This document shows, in pieces, positions 13,101 to 39,744 of a DNA stretch of 64,000 bases; within the stretch, counting starts at the first letter, position 1; every line of letters begins with the position of its first letter. A program made the translations under genes and the position numbers. The stretch covers positions 61,504,001-61,568,000 of the forward strand of contig NC_059434.1 in the NCBI RefSeq assembly GCF_021028975.2, read 5' to 3'. This stretch comes from Sphaerodactylus townsendi (taxonomy: Eukaryota). The notes below the pieces were generated by a model that saw only the letters and a list, made by a program, of their open reading frames with translations, ran no database searches and was not told where the DNA came from.

Positions 13101-13367
13101 TTACGGCAAGGACGTACCTCCCCATACACCCGTTTACTATAACACATCCTTATTACCATCGCTGCATTTATACAGGCAGAGTCCATCCTCTCCGCCCAGG
13201 AGATCCAGCGCAGCGTTCAGATAAGTGTCTATCCTGTGGACCCCGTTCCGGATGGTCTTCAGGGTCATTCTCCAATCCGGGGTTTGGGGCTCCAGGCAGT
13301 GGTTCGGCTGCACCCCTAGCAAGCCACAAGTCATGAGAAACGGTAGCAGAGCCCGGCTTATGGCCAT
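7192..13367 (-). CDS. PLA2G12A: Group XIIA secretory phospholipase A2, 4 coding exons: 13367-13157, 10777-10701, 8265-8100, 7310-7192 (190 aa)
   Basis: Perfect Kozak GCCACCATGG and signal peptide; DWRMTLKTIRNGVHRIDTYLNAALDLLGGEDGLC; Ca-loop PNGCGSPLFG; catalytic CCNQHDRCYDTC; C-terminus LGCKPYLDSQRAACMCRYEDKRDL. All GT-AG, phases consistent (211+77+166+119=573 nt). Confidence 0.97.
7805..7972. repeat. Two adjacent short tandem duplications (32-bp x2.5, then 41-bp x2) in PLA2G12A intron 3
   Basis: AATCATrGTTAAACATCCAATCTTATGTTTAA repeated at 7805 and 7837; ATTTGGGTTATGATCCACTATTAGTTGAACATATATGTCTC at 7889 and 7930. Confidence 0.9.
8611..8708. mobile_element. hAT-type MITE (same family as 5328-5428, opposite orientation)
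   Basis: GGTGGTGGGATTCAAATAATTTAACAAC...TGCTGAATCACACCACTG. Confidence 0.75.
8729..8868. mobile_element. PIF/Harbinger-like palindromic MITE (GGCCCCTTCCGCACATGCAGAATAATGCAC TIR family)
   Basis: About 30-bp inverted termini. Relatives at 21790-21895, 49075-49215, 52776-52804; related TIR family at 56322-56456. Superfamily assignment is inferred from GGC-starting TIRs. Confidence 0.7.
8965..9165 (+). mobile_element. tRNA-head SINE (older family)
   Basis: A-box TGGCTCAGTGG and B-box GGTTCAATTCC followed by a body shared with 20290-20490(+); minus fragments at ~27820-27930 and ~55765-55845. Confidence 0.7.
9390..9690 (-). mobile_element. Squam3-like tRNA-derived SINE, near full length
   Basis: Minus strand head GTGTAGTGGTTAAAAG (A-box) ... 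GGGTTTGATTCC (B-box) and (TTC)n tail. Closely related copies at 26266-26470, 34758-35052, 45650-45947. Confidence 0.85.
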
Positions 13368-13369
13368 GG

Positions 13370-13740
13370 TGGCTCCAGGATCGGGTGCGCCGGGGCAGGG
13401 GCGCTCCAAACCCTTTGCAGGCGCGATCGAGTCAGTCTCCGGCCAGGCGCTCCATGCCGCGCACGCCTTGCCGGGCTGGCGGTGCTTCTCGCTGGCGTGC
13501 AGCCTTCAGGCCGGAAAACTCCTGCAAACCTTCTCCGCACCGTCAGCTCCAGGCAGCCCCGCCTCAAGGCTGCATTTCAGGGCCTTTTGGCCGCAAGGGA
13601 GCAAAGGGGCGGCGCCAGTCCCGAGGAGGTGGGGACGCCGCCGAAGGGAACGTAAAAGAGCGCACCGAACCAGGAAGTGCCGCGCCACTACAGTTCCGGG
13701 AGAAAAAGAACGTCTGCGCCTATCAGCGAATCTTTAGCAT
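13370..13740 (-). promoter_or_regulatory. CpG-island promoter/5'UTR of PLA2G12A
   Basis: CpG-dense. GC box GGGGCGG ~13606, ETS CAGGAAGTG 13671-13679, ZNF143/THAP11-like ACTACAGTTCC 13687-13697. Confidence 0.7.
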
Positions 13741-15448
13741 TAGGATGAAGTGCGTGTATATAATTATATATATACTTTAAAGGTTATAGAATTGTGAATT
13801 TGTAATATAAGTTGGTGAAAATGAGAGGAAGTTAATATGGTTAGCGGGAAGTGAAATATTTGTGTGACTTTCTTTAATTACTTCGGGGTTTCTACAGTGA
13901 GAAACAGGAAAATGTCAAGATTTCGCCAGTCTCTTCTGCATATAAACAGTTTTTTGCTTTAGAGAGTACACATTTGTGTTTTACATTTGCTGGCAGGGGC
14001 TGATGGGAATTGTAGTTTATGAACATCTGGAGTGCCATAGGTTCGCCACCATGGACATAGGCTCATTTGACTTCAGAGATAGGGACTCTCAAACTAGTAG
14101 TATTTATTAGTGTTTTTCAGCCTTCTGCTTGTTTAGCTTCTTCATAGATTTGATCCAACAGGAGATTCTAATTTGTGCCACTTTCTGTGGCTGTACCTCA
14201 GAGGTAGGTGATTGGCTGTGGCAAACTCTTGCTAAGTTTAAATGTTTTCTCAGAAGTTAAATGTGTACCAAACTTAGTGTCTTTTGTCCTGGCATGTTTG
14301 GTCTAGTTCTCCAAGTCCTACTTGTGCTTCCACACTGACTCCCAGAACCTGATGTTTGCAACCAGTCCCTGCTGCTCCTTATTCTTGCACACTGTTCCAT
14401 CTTTCTTCAACTTTCTCAATATTTTCACACAATGCATCATCTTCTTCCTTGCTTTAGTTATGTTATCATCCACAGATGTGTGCCACATGTCCCACCCAGA
14501 GGATGAGCTTGGGCTGTTCTAATGTGCATCACAAAAAATGACTCTGATCTTCCAAGCTGAAAAATAAGCAGCAGCCAATACAGAGAGGCAGGCAGTAATG
14601 TAACCTACTTTATGTCATCTTGCTGCTAAAAAATCCAAGTGCCTGTGACTAGGGACACCCATAGCCTCATGCTTGTCACCCATGACCCAGGGCCTACCTT
14701 GCATTATATTCTCGCTGGGGACATCCCTGGGTTTAGTTAAGAGATATGTTGTGGAGTTTCATATTTCCCAGGTGTCTGTGGGCCAAATTTAGGTCAGAAC
14801 TATGGCAGACAGGACTTAGGCCTCCTTCCACACCATTTTCCCAATCTGAAATCTTCTCACGGGGCTGCCATTTACCCTGATTGTGCACCATGCGCACTGA
14901 TGAGCTACATTCTCTGTTTTCACCTGGGTAAACAGAAAGTCCATGGGCCATTTCAGTCAAAGCAAACAACACAGTGGAATATCTAAGCTTATCTTTCCCA
15001 TTTCATGGTCCTCCTCATCAAAATGTGCTTGCATGAGTAGTGCAGAACTCCAAAAAATATTTTCTCCTGACCCAGGGGCATCCCTGAAGAAAGGATAATG
15101 TACAGGTAGGCCAGATACAAGCTGTCCATGATATGTCACTGGACATTCTGTAATCTTTGTTTGCTCAGAATAAAGCATTCTGATAGTTTTCTAAACCTAT
15201 CAGCTTCAATGGACTTAAAAGGTTATAAATGTCTAGGATTGCACTGTTAGTCCAGGAAGCCTCTGAAATAATTGGTGAAAAATCAGATATTAGTGAAATT
15301 CTAGGATTGTGTTGTATGGAACCTAAATATTCACTTTACGCTGTCCTTTTATGATGTACTCAATGTATGCCATCTCATCAACATTGTAGTTGTCTTTGAA
15401 AATCTAAACACAGTGCCCACTTTCAGTCTTCATTTTCATTGAATCACT

Positions 15449-15454
15449 TTTATT
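15449..15454 (-). terminator. Probable CFI polyadenylation signal AATAAA
   Basis: TTTATT on + strand, ~260 nt downstream of the CFI stop. Confidence 0.55.
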
Positions 15455-15716
15455 GTAACATGCAAGACAAGTAGAAAAGCAACAATTATTTATAGAAGAT
15501 TAACAGACTTTTAAAAAATAATACAAATTTCAGAGTCATCACTGCTAAGTGGCCAGGGCATGACCCAGTCAGAGGTGCATCACTTTTGTGCCCATTGATT
15601 TATGGGGAAAAAACTGAAGCATGCTTAACTTGAGCTGATTTTTTTTGCGCCCAGACTTCTGTAGCTGACTTTTCATTATTGCAACAGAGAATGAGGAAAT
15701 ATTTAAATTCCAAAAG

Positions 15717-30818
<15,102 letters not shown>

Positions 30819-30895
30819 TATGAGGAGTATCTTCTTGCCTTTTTAGAAGATTTTTTTCCTTTGCAATTTTCCCCAGCCTCTCAGTTCTCGATGTG

Positions 30896-30922
30896 TTTAA
30901 TTTTTAACCACTAGCAAATATT
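30896..30922 (-). promoter_or_regulatory. Candidate liver-type proximal promoter motifs of CFI (HNF1-like, FOXA-like)
   Basis: TTTAATTTTTAAC (HNF1 consensus GTTAATNATTAAC) and AGCAAATATT, ~80-100 bp upstream of the ATG. No CpG island. Confidence 0.4.
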
Positions 30923-33339
30923 TAAAAATTGTTTTGAAAGGTACCTCCTTGTGGACTGATCATTTTGAACTCTGAAAAGACTATTTCTCAATTTTGCCTA
31001 GTTACTGCAGAAAAGGTATGAGAAGATCTCAACAAAAATGCAGCACTCTTTGCCCAACTTTCATACCTTTCCCTTCCTTTAAAACTTTCACATTGTAGCT
31101 AGTTCACATAGATACTTCTTTGGACCAGTTGCTGTGCACAAAAGAGACTGTCCCCGGCCTTGCCTATTTCACACCAGGACACTCAAATTTCAATGTCTGT
31201 TTGGTCAGTTGCTCAATTTCCTGGCAAGTAGATAAAAAAAGCATTGTGTGTTGTGCTTAGTTCTGGGGCTGCCCATTTCCTGGAAGAGTTTTAACTAAAT
31301 CCATAAAAGAAAATCTAGTACATTATAATAGTACTGAAAAACCAACAAATAATAACCACACATACACATTCCTAAAATCTCAATATGTTTGAATGTTATT
31401 ATTCTGACCTATGGAAACTTCAGGCTGTATTCCTAAGAACACTTTCTTGGGAGTAAACCCCACAGAATATCATAAGACTTACAGCGCAATACCAAACCGA
31501 GCCACTCTGGTCCAAGTGAATTGAAATGAATGGGCTTAGGCTGAAGTAACTTTCTTCAGGATCTCACTGTTACTTACAAGTGGGCATACTTAGGGATGCC
31601 AGCCTTCAGGAGGGACATGGATGGTGGACTCTATTCTATACCATCACATCTCTACTCTGCATCCTCCCCGGGGATTACCCCCAAATCTCCAGGAACTTCT
31701 CCAGTTGCAAGCTGGCTACCTCAGGTTGCTTCCATAATTTTCAACAGGGGAGTGTTGGGTATTATGTGGGCATTAAAGCCGCTGGGGTGGCACTATACCA
31801 ACCTATCAAATAGTTGCAGCTGACAAAGATGCCACTAAAGTATGTATTTTAAAATGCACATATAAGTAGGCAATTTGGCCACCCTGTGAGGTAGGTGGGG
31901 CTGAGAGAGTTCCGAAAGAAAACCAGCATAGTGTACTGGTTAAGAGTTCTCTAATCCGGAGAGGCGAGTTTTGTTCCTCACTCCTCCACATAAGCGGTGG
32001 ACTCTTACCTGAACTGGATTTGTTCAATCAAAAAAAAAAAAAGGAAAAGATCAGAACAAAACACTGGCAACAACAAGAACAATCTATCTGATCAAAAACT
32101 GCATGATTGGCACAAAGGAAAAAACGTGATTTTTCCGAAATTTTAAATCAACATATTTTAATATAGAAACAAATATGACACCAGTCCCCAACAGGATAGA
32201 TAAGTGATTCAATACAAATGAATAATAACTAAATAATGTCATCTAATCAGCTAGCTCAAATAAATAAATACATAGATACATATTTTTTGAAGTTTATGAG
32301 ATACAGTTAGAAGTCCAACAGGTAAATGCATGGTCTTGATATCCAACTGCACTTGTAGGGTAGTCTGTTATATCCTAAAACCATTAATTTTTTTTCCATG
32401 GAGGACTCAAGAATAAAACAACATAAACTGTTGTCAGAAGTCCAACAGGTGAGTATGTTCTTGTATTAGTAACCAACTCCCACAACATAATCTGTTTCTT
32501 CATAGTCACATGACACTGATAGGGAAGGACCAAAACCCGCAACTTCCAAAGTAGAAGTCATGAATCCAGCAGGTGAGTAGAATGCAATATGAATATCCAG
32601 TTCTAATCTCGAATCATCACCTTTTTTCTCTATAGATAAATCATACTAGAGGACAAAAGTGTCCTACAATTTTCAAGAACTACAGGTAAAGATCCAACAG
32701 TGCTTACCTAGCAAGGCAGAGATTCACCTCTTGTGTTGATCTCAACAGTGTGACATCGTGCTAGAGAGTTGTGTGAGACAAAGAAACATACTTTACTTTA
32801 TAACTTCTGTCTATGTGACTTGTCTCACATGGTCAATGTCAGGGTTAGCTGACCAATAGCGTAATCAATGAACTGGCCATAAAACTCTGACCTCAGTATC
32901 TAATTAGCATGCAGATAGTCAACCCCTTCATGTTTGAATTGTGACAGACACTTGCAAATCCCAACAAATTCAAACCTCTTCTTATCATAAACCGGAAGAA
33001 CATTTTTTATTCTTCTTCTGAAGGCTGAAGATCTGAAAACCAGCCAAAACGTCAGTTCCATATATATGGATGAGATAAGGACATCAAAGTAATCAGTGGA
33101 ATTAGTGCTAGCCGCGGAAAGTGCTAGCCGCGAAAAATTAGTGCTAGCCATGTAGGAAAGAAGAGAAGCTCCAGCATGATAACAATTAGGCAAAAAGCTC
33201 ATGAAGTGGAAACTGATGAAGGAGATGCTGAAAGTAGCTAGTTTCATTCTGCGGCTAGCACCCAGCAGGCTTCATGTGTAGAACCAGGGGAAAAAATCCA
33301 GTTCACCAGATAAGAGTCAGCTGCACATGTGGAAGGGTG

Positions 33340-33531
33340 CAGTGATAGGATCCAAAAATTTTAATAACAGGTTCCAATGGTGGTGGGATTCAAACAGTGG
33401 CGCCGCCGCACACACGCACCTCCAGTCCCTATAGGGTAGGGAGGTTGCTTTAGTAACCCCTTCTTGGCACTCAGAAAAAATTAGTAACCACTTCTAGAGA
33501 AGTGGTGAGAACTGGCTGGATCCCACCTCTG
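33340..33531. mobile_element. hAT MITE inserted into a Squam3-like SINE (SINE halves ~33261-33339 and 33532-33596)
   Basis: Perfect TSD GAAGGGTG (33332-33339, 33532-33539); TIRs CAGTGATAGGATCC/GGATCCCACCTCTG. Confidence 0.85.
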
Positions 33532-34757
33532 GAAGGGTGGGGAATCAAACCCAGTTCTCCAGATTAGACTCTACCACTCTAAACCACTATACCATGTGCT
33601 TCACTGCTATATATCATAAAGAAAACCCCTGGACTCTTCTAGAGTTTCCTGCCATGCAATAAATTATGTTAATGATAGTAAAAGTAAATTTGCATTACCA
33701 GTTCTGCCAAGAAACATCATAAAACAGTGTCCACATTTTTGCTGACTTTGGCTCATTTTTGGGGATTTTGCTGGGCAGAAAGGATACAACCTTCATCAAC
33801 TTGACAAGCCTTAAATAGTAATGAAAATGAAAGGTGGCTAGCAGTCAACAATGTTAATTTACAGTTCACTTCCTTGTTCCTCAAACATCAGTGAAATGGA
33901 AATTGCTGAGAAATCAGCTGACTTGTCCTAAAGAAAACACAACCACACAATTTCAATTATTATGAAAGCAGACCAAGGTTGCAATATTGTGCATATAGTG
34001 TAGGAATCGGTTCTATGGAAGTAGATATAATTCAGGTCGCCCTTTAATTCTTATTAAGAACACACTTCCATGCCGAAATTTTGTAATCAGTGAAATGAAC
34101 TATTGGAGGATCTACGTTCCTCATAAGGCCAAGCATTTTTGACACCCAGGCCTAGACAAATTACTCTGCTCCCCTGCCACTGTGGGGAAAGCAGTACCCC
34201 CCTTCCCTTCACAACCTAGGGAGATCTCTTGGCTCTTTCCCCACACTGGCAGCAGAATCCTCTCAATATGTAAAAATATGTGTGCGTGCTGCTGCTACTA
34301 TTGCTGCTGAGTGATGCATTCAGTTTTCAACTTCCTATGTTTAATAATAACCCTTGGCTTCATCCTCCTCTTCTTTTTTTCTTCCCACATGGTCCACCAG
34401 ATTTCCTCCCTGGTGGTGATGGTGATGAAGAGTGTGGGAGTGCCCTGCAGAAATAGCTGCTCCCTTCTTGGGGTTGTGTCCTTGGGTGCTTATCCTACCT
34501 AGCTCAAGGGTAAAAGGTCAGAAACTGAAGGTCTTGAGAGACCTTCCTGAAATTTCTGTTTTTGCAGAAGGTGGATCTTGTGGATTACAACATACCGACG
34601 TGAATCACTGAATTCTATAGTGAAGTTTGTAAAATTAAAGTTGAAGCATCATGCAATCCTCAAAAATCAGCACCTGATGGAGCTAATTCGTATCTTGACA
34701 ACATAACAGCTGGATTTTAAATGAGTCACAGCAAAGATGGAAACTCTCAACATTTCT

Positions 34758-35052
34758 AGAAGAAGAAGAAGAGTTTGGATTTATATCCCCCCCCCTTTCT
34801 CTCCTGCAGGAGACTCAAAGGGACTTACAATCTCCTTGCCCTTCCCCCCTCACAACAAACACCCTATGAGGTAGGTGGGGATCAGAAGAACTGTGACTAG
34901 CCCAAGGTCACCTAGCTGGTGTGTGCTGGAGGGCACAGGCTAATCTGAATTCCCCAGATAAGCCTCCACAGCTCAGGTGGCAGAGCTGGGAATCAAACCC
35001 AGTTCTTCCAGATTAGATACACGAGCTCTTAACCTCCTACGCCACTGCTGCT
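34758..35052 (-). mobile_element. Squam3-like SINE, full length
   Basis: (TTC)n tail and tRNA head; close match to 45650-45947. Confidence 0.85.
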
Positions 35053-35071
35053 CTAGTAGCAGTAACAATGA

Positions 35072-35345
35072 CATCTTTTTTAGGATAAAGATGACACCAG
35101 ATTTGATAATTCATCTGCCATTTCCTGGACCGTCTTTGTTCTAGAATGCTTCACTTGGGTCCTCCTAGTCCCTTGGGGACAAGATTAGGTAACCACCATG
35201 ACCAGGTAACCACCTAAACGGAGGTAACCACCTAAACGGAGCATTAGGTAACCACCTAAATGGAGCATTCTGGAGCAAAGATGGTCCAGGAAATACCTGA
35301 AGAATGTCCAAATCTGGTGTCATCTTTATCCTGAAAAAGGTACAG
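35072..35345. mobile_element. MITE with ~80-bp TIRs and internal GGTAACCACC(TAAACGGA) microrepeats
   Basis: AGGATAAAGATGACACCAGATTTG...CAAATCTGGTGTCATCTTTATCCT inverted; GGTAACCACC x4 at ~35188-35256. Confidence 0.7.
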
Positions 35346-35749
35346 TAACTATCTCTGATTCTTTTCTCTGTTTTGACCTGATATTTAGGGTCTTAGACAA
35401 AAACAAGTACCATTAGCAATATCTGTTTTTACTCCTCTTGCTGTTTTTGCAGTCTCATTTAATGTTAATGAACATTACCTAATAAATAATTATTATGTAT
35501 ATTTCTTAATATTTCTATAGTTTGTAACAAAATGGGCATGTAATGATAAAAAAGTGTGTGTAATATTTGTTCAAGTCTTGTGGTTCTCAAAAGTTTATTC
35601 TATGTGGCTCTTTCATTGAGGAAGTCTGGCCACCCTTGGGATATAGCAATATTTATTCCAAGTAAACTCTCAGACATTCCTGGAGAAAGTAATTTAACAA
35701 TGCAATCCTGAAAAGTTACATCCTTCTAAATTCATTGAAGTTAGTAGGC

Positions 35750-36249
35750 CAGTGATGGCGAACCTTTTCGAGACCGAGTGCCCAAATTGCAACCCAAAAC
35801 CCACTTATTTTTCGCAAAGTGCCAACATGGCAATTTAATTTGAATACTGAGGTTTCAGTTTAGAAAAAACGGTTGGCTCCGAGGTGTGCGTTACTCGGGA
35901 GTAAGCTTGATGGTAGTCGGTGGCTTTGCTTTGAAGCAACCGTGCAACGTTTCACATGAGTGAATCACGACCCTAGGAGGGTTTACTCAGAAGCAAGCCC
36001 CATTGCCAGCAACTGAGCTTACTTCCAGGTAAAGGATCGCGCTTTAGTTCTTTGCATGAAAATCAGTGGGGTTTAACAGTGCTTAACAGCACTTAACACT
36101 GCTTCCCCAAAACTAGGTCTTAGGTTTAATGATAATAATCGAGTCCAGACCAGCCAAGATGTGTGTGTGGGGCACTCTGTTTGCGTGTGCCCACAGAGAG
36201 GGCTCTGAGTGCCACCTCTGGCACCTGTGCCATAGGTTCGCCATCACTG
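35750..36249. mobile_element. hAT non-autonomous element (500 bp)
   Basis: Perfect 16-bp TIR CAGTGATGGCGAACCT; perfect TSD TAGTAGGC. Second copy at 50112-50513. Confidence 0.92.
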
Positions 36250-37121
36250 TAGTAGGCTCACATCAGCTTGCAGAAAAAGTAACTCTCATTAAACTGATAC
36301 CTTCATCTTTCCTCCTCTCCAAAAGATTAATTTGTGGGGCTAGTTAAAGCTGTTTTTAGCCCTCTCCCTCTCTGTGCGTGTGTGCATGCAAAAAAATAAT
36401 AATGCAGATTTCCAGAGGAAATGTCATAGACAGGTAGTACAAAACTGAACTGATGAAACAGAACCATTTCTGAATCAAAATTATTTATATATTTACTGTA
36501 TTCATAAGTCTCCCTTCCTCACTGAGGCGTTAAACAAATTACCTAGTATAAATTGATAACAGTCCATTCAAAGAAACATCCAACAAACACAGTGTGAGCT
36601 GAGCAATGTACTACCACTAGGATTACTGAAATTTGAATGAACAAATCCACCCTATATGCGATAGGTTAATCATCTAAACAAAATTACTTCGTTAAGACTA
36701 AAGTTCCATAAATGAAATTTTTTAGCACCCAAAAGCAAGCTTGTCCATTATTTATACTTTTACTCTCTGAGCGGTGTACATGATGGGTTATCCTTATCCT
36801 ACAAAGTGAGTTGCAAGAAGGGTGCCTGCCGGCTCAGCAGGTCATTTGAACTTAAGCCGTCCTAGAGTGATTCCACACTGCATATTTTTAATGAGTTGCA
36901 ACTTGTTATAAATAGTAGTTCCCGAATCCACTTCTAGTTCGGCATTCTAAGCACTTAGCCACAAGAATATGCCTTATCCTGTTTATTGAACGGCGCCACC
37001 ACAGAAACGCAGTACTAGAGCGGCATTCCCAATAATCGCCTAACGCACAGGCCAATCACAACTTCCGGATTAATACCGGAAGTTCAGCCTGCGCTCCAAC
37101 ATAGAGACAAGAACCCGTTAC

Positions 37122-37357
37122 TGTATTGTCGAAGGCTTTGACGGCCGGATTCAACTGGTTCTGGTGGGTTTTCCGGGCTGTGTGGCCGTGGTCTGGTGGA
37201 TCTTGTTCCTAACGTTTCGCCTGCATCTGGGACACAGTGTGCAACAGACTTCCCTCTGTGATACACCTCTGATGATGCCAGCCACAGATACAGGCGAAAC
37301 GTGAGGAACAAGATCCACCAGACCACGGCCACACAGCCCGGAAAACCCACCACAACC
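37122..37357. mobile_element. Penelope-like terminal fragment, inverted pair, upstream of GAR1
   Basis: GTATTGTCGAAGGCTTT... end; hammerhead-like CCT-CTGATGA-TGCC..GGC-GAAAC-GTG-AGG at 37266-37306. Confidence 0.85.
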
Positions 37358-37449
37358 CCATGGTGACTGTCAACTGGAACTTATCGCAAAGACTAAAAGC
37401 CGCATTTGAAATCTCGGTTAAGGGACAAATTCAATGGCCATAAAGGGCT

Positions 37450-37970
37450 ATAATTGCGAGTCCTCTCTCGTCCAACCCAGGTCGATCTTCATGATCTTTA
37501 AAGCCTTCGTCCGACAGTGTCGTGAAATACGCCATGCATGTTTTACGGCAGGTTCCTCTCGGCCCAGTTCAGGATGGGGGAGTTTTCGGCGGTGCGCATG
37601 CGTGTGACAGAAAGACGGGCGCCGTTTGATGAGGTCATCAGGCGTTGTCGGTGCAGTCCCATTGGAAGTCCACGTGGGAAGGAGCAGAGGAGTGTGTTTT
37701 TGGTGAGCCCAGTTGTAGGGGTTTTGTAGGGAATGTCTCACGTACTTCGCTCTTCTTTGGCGTCTGGCCGGCGGCGGCTGATGGGCTAGGGCAAAAGAAA
37801 GTGTTGTGCTTATTCGCTCTGAAGAAACTCCCAGTCGGGTCCATGACACTTTCACCAACATAAGTGGGTCTAGGATTGCAATCCCGGGACATTTCTCTTG
37901 GAGTTGAGTGTGGTTTATTTCCGAGTTAAAAATGCAGTGCAGTTCTGTGTGTGCTTCACAAAAAGTAAGC
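37450..37970 (+). promoter_or_regulatory. GAR1 CpG-island promoter / non-coding first exon region
   Basis: CpG-rich; NRF1 TGCGCATGCG 37593-37602; E-box CCACGTGG ~37670; candidate donor AA|GTAAGC at 37965. TSS not determinable from sequence. Confidence 0.65.
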
Positions 37971-39744
37971 ATTTGTGTTGCTTGTTTTCAAGTTAGTGTG
38001 CACATGAGCGCTGCCCTTCCTGTTTTTGCAGCTCCTGGGTGAAGGTAGATCCCTCTAGAAATAAAATAGGCTGGTCAAATATTAGATGCACAAGATTTGG
38101 ATCGTGGATGAGTCTGACAAGGCTATGTGCTTCCATGATATTTTGCCAATACACAATACTGTTGGTCTTCCTTACGATACCAAAATACTATTGGTCCATC
38201 TAACCCCCGTGGGTTTAGGACTGTTTTCATGCATTACCTTTAAAAGCATTTACAGTGCATAGTAGAAGCTTGTGATAAATCTGCAATTTACTTTTCAGTG
38301 TTAGATTAATATTCTGGGGATAGGTAATACCATGAGGCAGATAATGGGCAGGAGAAGCTGTTCATCTTCTTGCTTTCAAAAAACAAAAAAGGTGCCTGGT
38401 TTGAGCTTCTGTTCAAGCCTCTTGTACCCCCCCCCCCCACCTGATCTACTTTTGCTATTGTTAGACAGAGCTATGCTGTATAACTGAATGGAAAATATTA
38501 TTTTTACTACTTTTTCATGGTGGTCTTTGTAAGTAGACTGTATTATTTATTTGGAAAATGTATATGCTGCTTGCCCAGGGATCTGCCCAAGGTGGCTTAG
38601 AAGTAATAAAACCTAACAACATAAGAATAATAAAAGCTGGGTTATTAAATCCAAGTGTTCAAAGACACCAAGAGGGTAAAATATGGAGCAGCTTAAATTG
38701 GATATTATACATTTCTTAGGCTAAAAACTGACTATATAATATGCTGTTTCAAAAACTCGGTAACCTGAACTAAAGCCAGGATAAACAGAAACATTTTGGC
38801 CTCTCACCTAAAAGATAATAATGTAGTCACAGAGGAGTCTCAGAGGGGAATGGTGAAGTGCCAGCACTAAAAAAGCTCTCTATTTGGTTTCTTGTTTACT
38901 ACTCCAGCAGGCTGAGTACTGCCTTTACAAACTTTCCTCTCTCTAAGTAGTCAGAATATATACAGGAAATGGACTTGCAGCAAATGGGCTTGCAGCAAAT
39001 GGACTTGCCTTTGGGTAGCATAAGTCAGAGGCCTGTGCCCAATGGAAATTAAGGTTGGCTTCGTCCCCGGAACCGCCCTAACCTGCCCCTAGCTGCATTA
39101 GTGTCCAGGTTTAGGCCAGTGGGGCTGAAGGCTGCTTCCAGGTTGGGCGCCACCAAGCTGTGTGGGTTATAAGGCACCTGCCTGCCTCCCTATTTGCCCC
39201 CTTCACTGTTGCATTTACCACTTGTGTCAGGGAGGCAGGAACCCTCAGTGGTGCAAGCCCGTGTCTACTCTACAAGTCCCTTCACCAGCCCCACTCTTCA
39301 TAGGGATGGCCGGTTTGTACAAGCAAAAGCACAGATTACTGCACTTCCAGGAAATATTAAAACTCAAAGGAGATGTTATTTTCAGTGCTGCTAATATTTC
39401 CTTGGAAAAACTGAAAGGAAGAAAAAACCCTTTTTTAAAACCCTATGCATTTTGTGTGAATAAAATCTTGTATTTAAAAGCATTTCACTCACTGCAAAAA
39501 AAAAACACACACAAACCTCATAGGCAGTTTTTTCAGTGCTGTCTACAGTTTCTTAATTTTTCCATTTAAGAAAACCCCTTGGATTGTCCCAGCCTTTAAT
39601 ATCTCTCTGCTGCTTAATAGCTGTTTCACTCTTTGGTATATTGACTGTCATTAGTATATGGTGCAGTAGAAATGCCAGACAGTTGTTGGGAAGGATGGAA
39701 GAACTGTTAATTCTAATGAACACTTTCTGTATTGAACAGAAGAG

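Noticed and set aside
13368-13409. N-terminal extension MERPCPGAPDPGAT of PLA2G12A in the ORF track
   Set aside because: It starts at TTG; the ATG at 13367 has a perfect Kozak context and begins the signal peptide.
13225-13780. 170-aa and 131-aa + strand ORFs
   Set aside because: Antisense shadows of GC-rich exon 1 and the CpG island; no recognisable domain.
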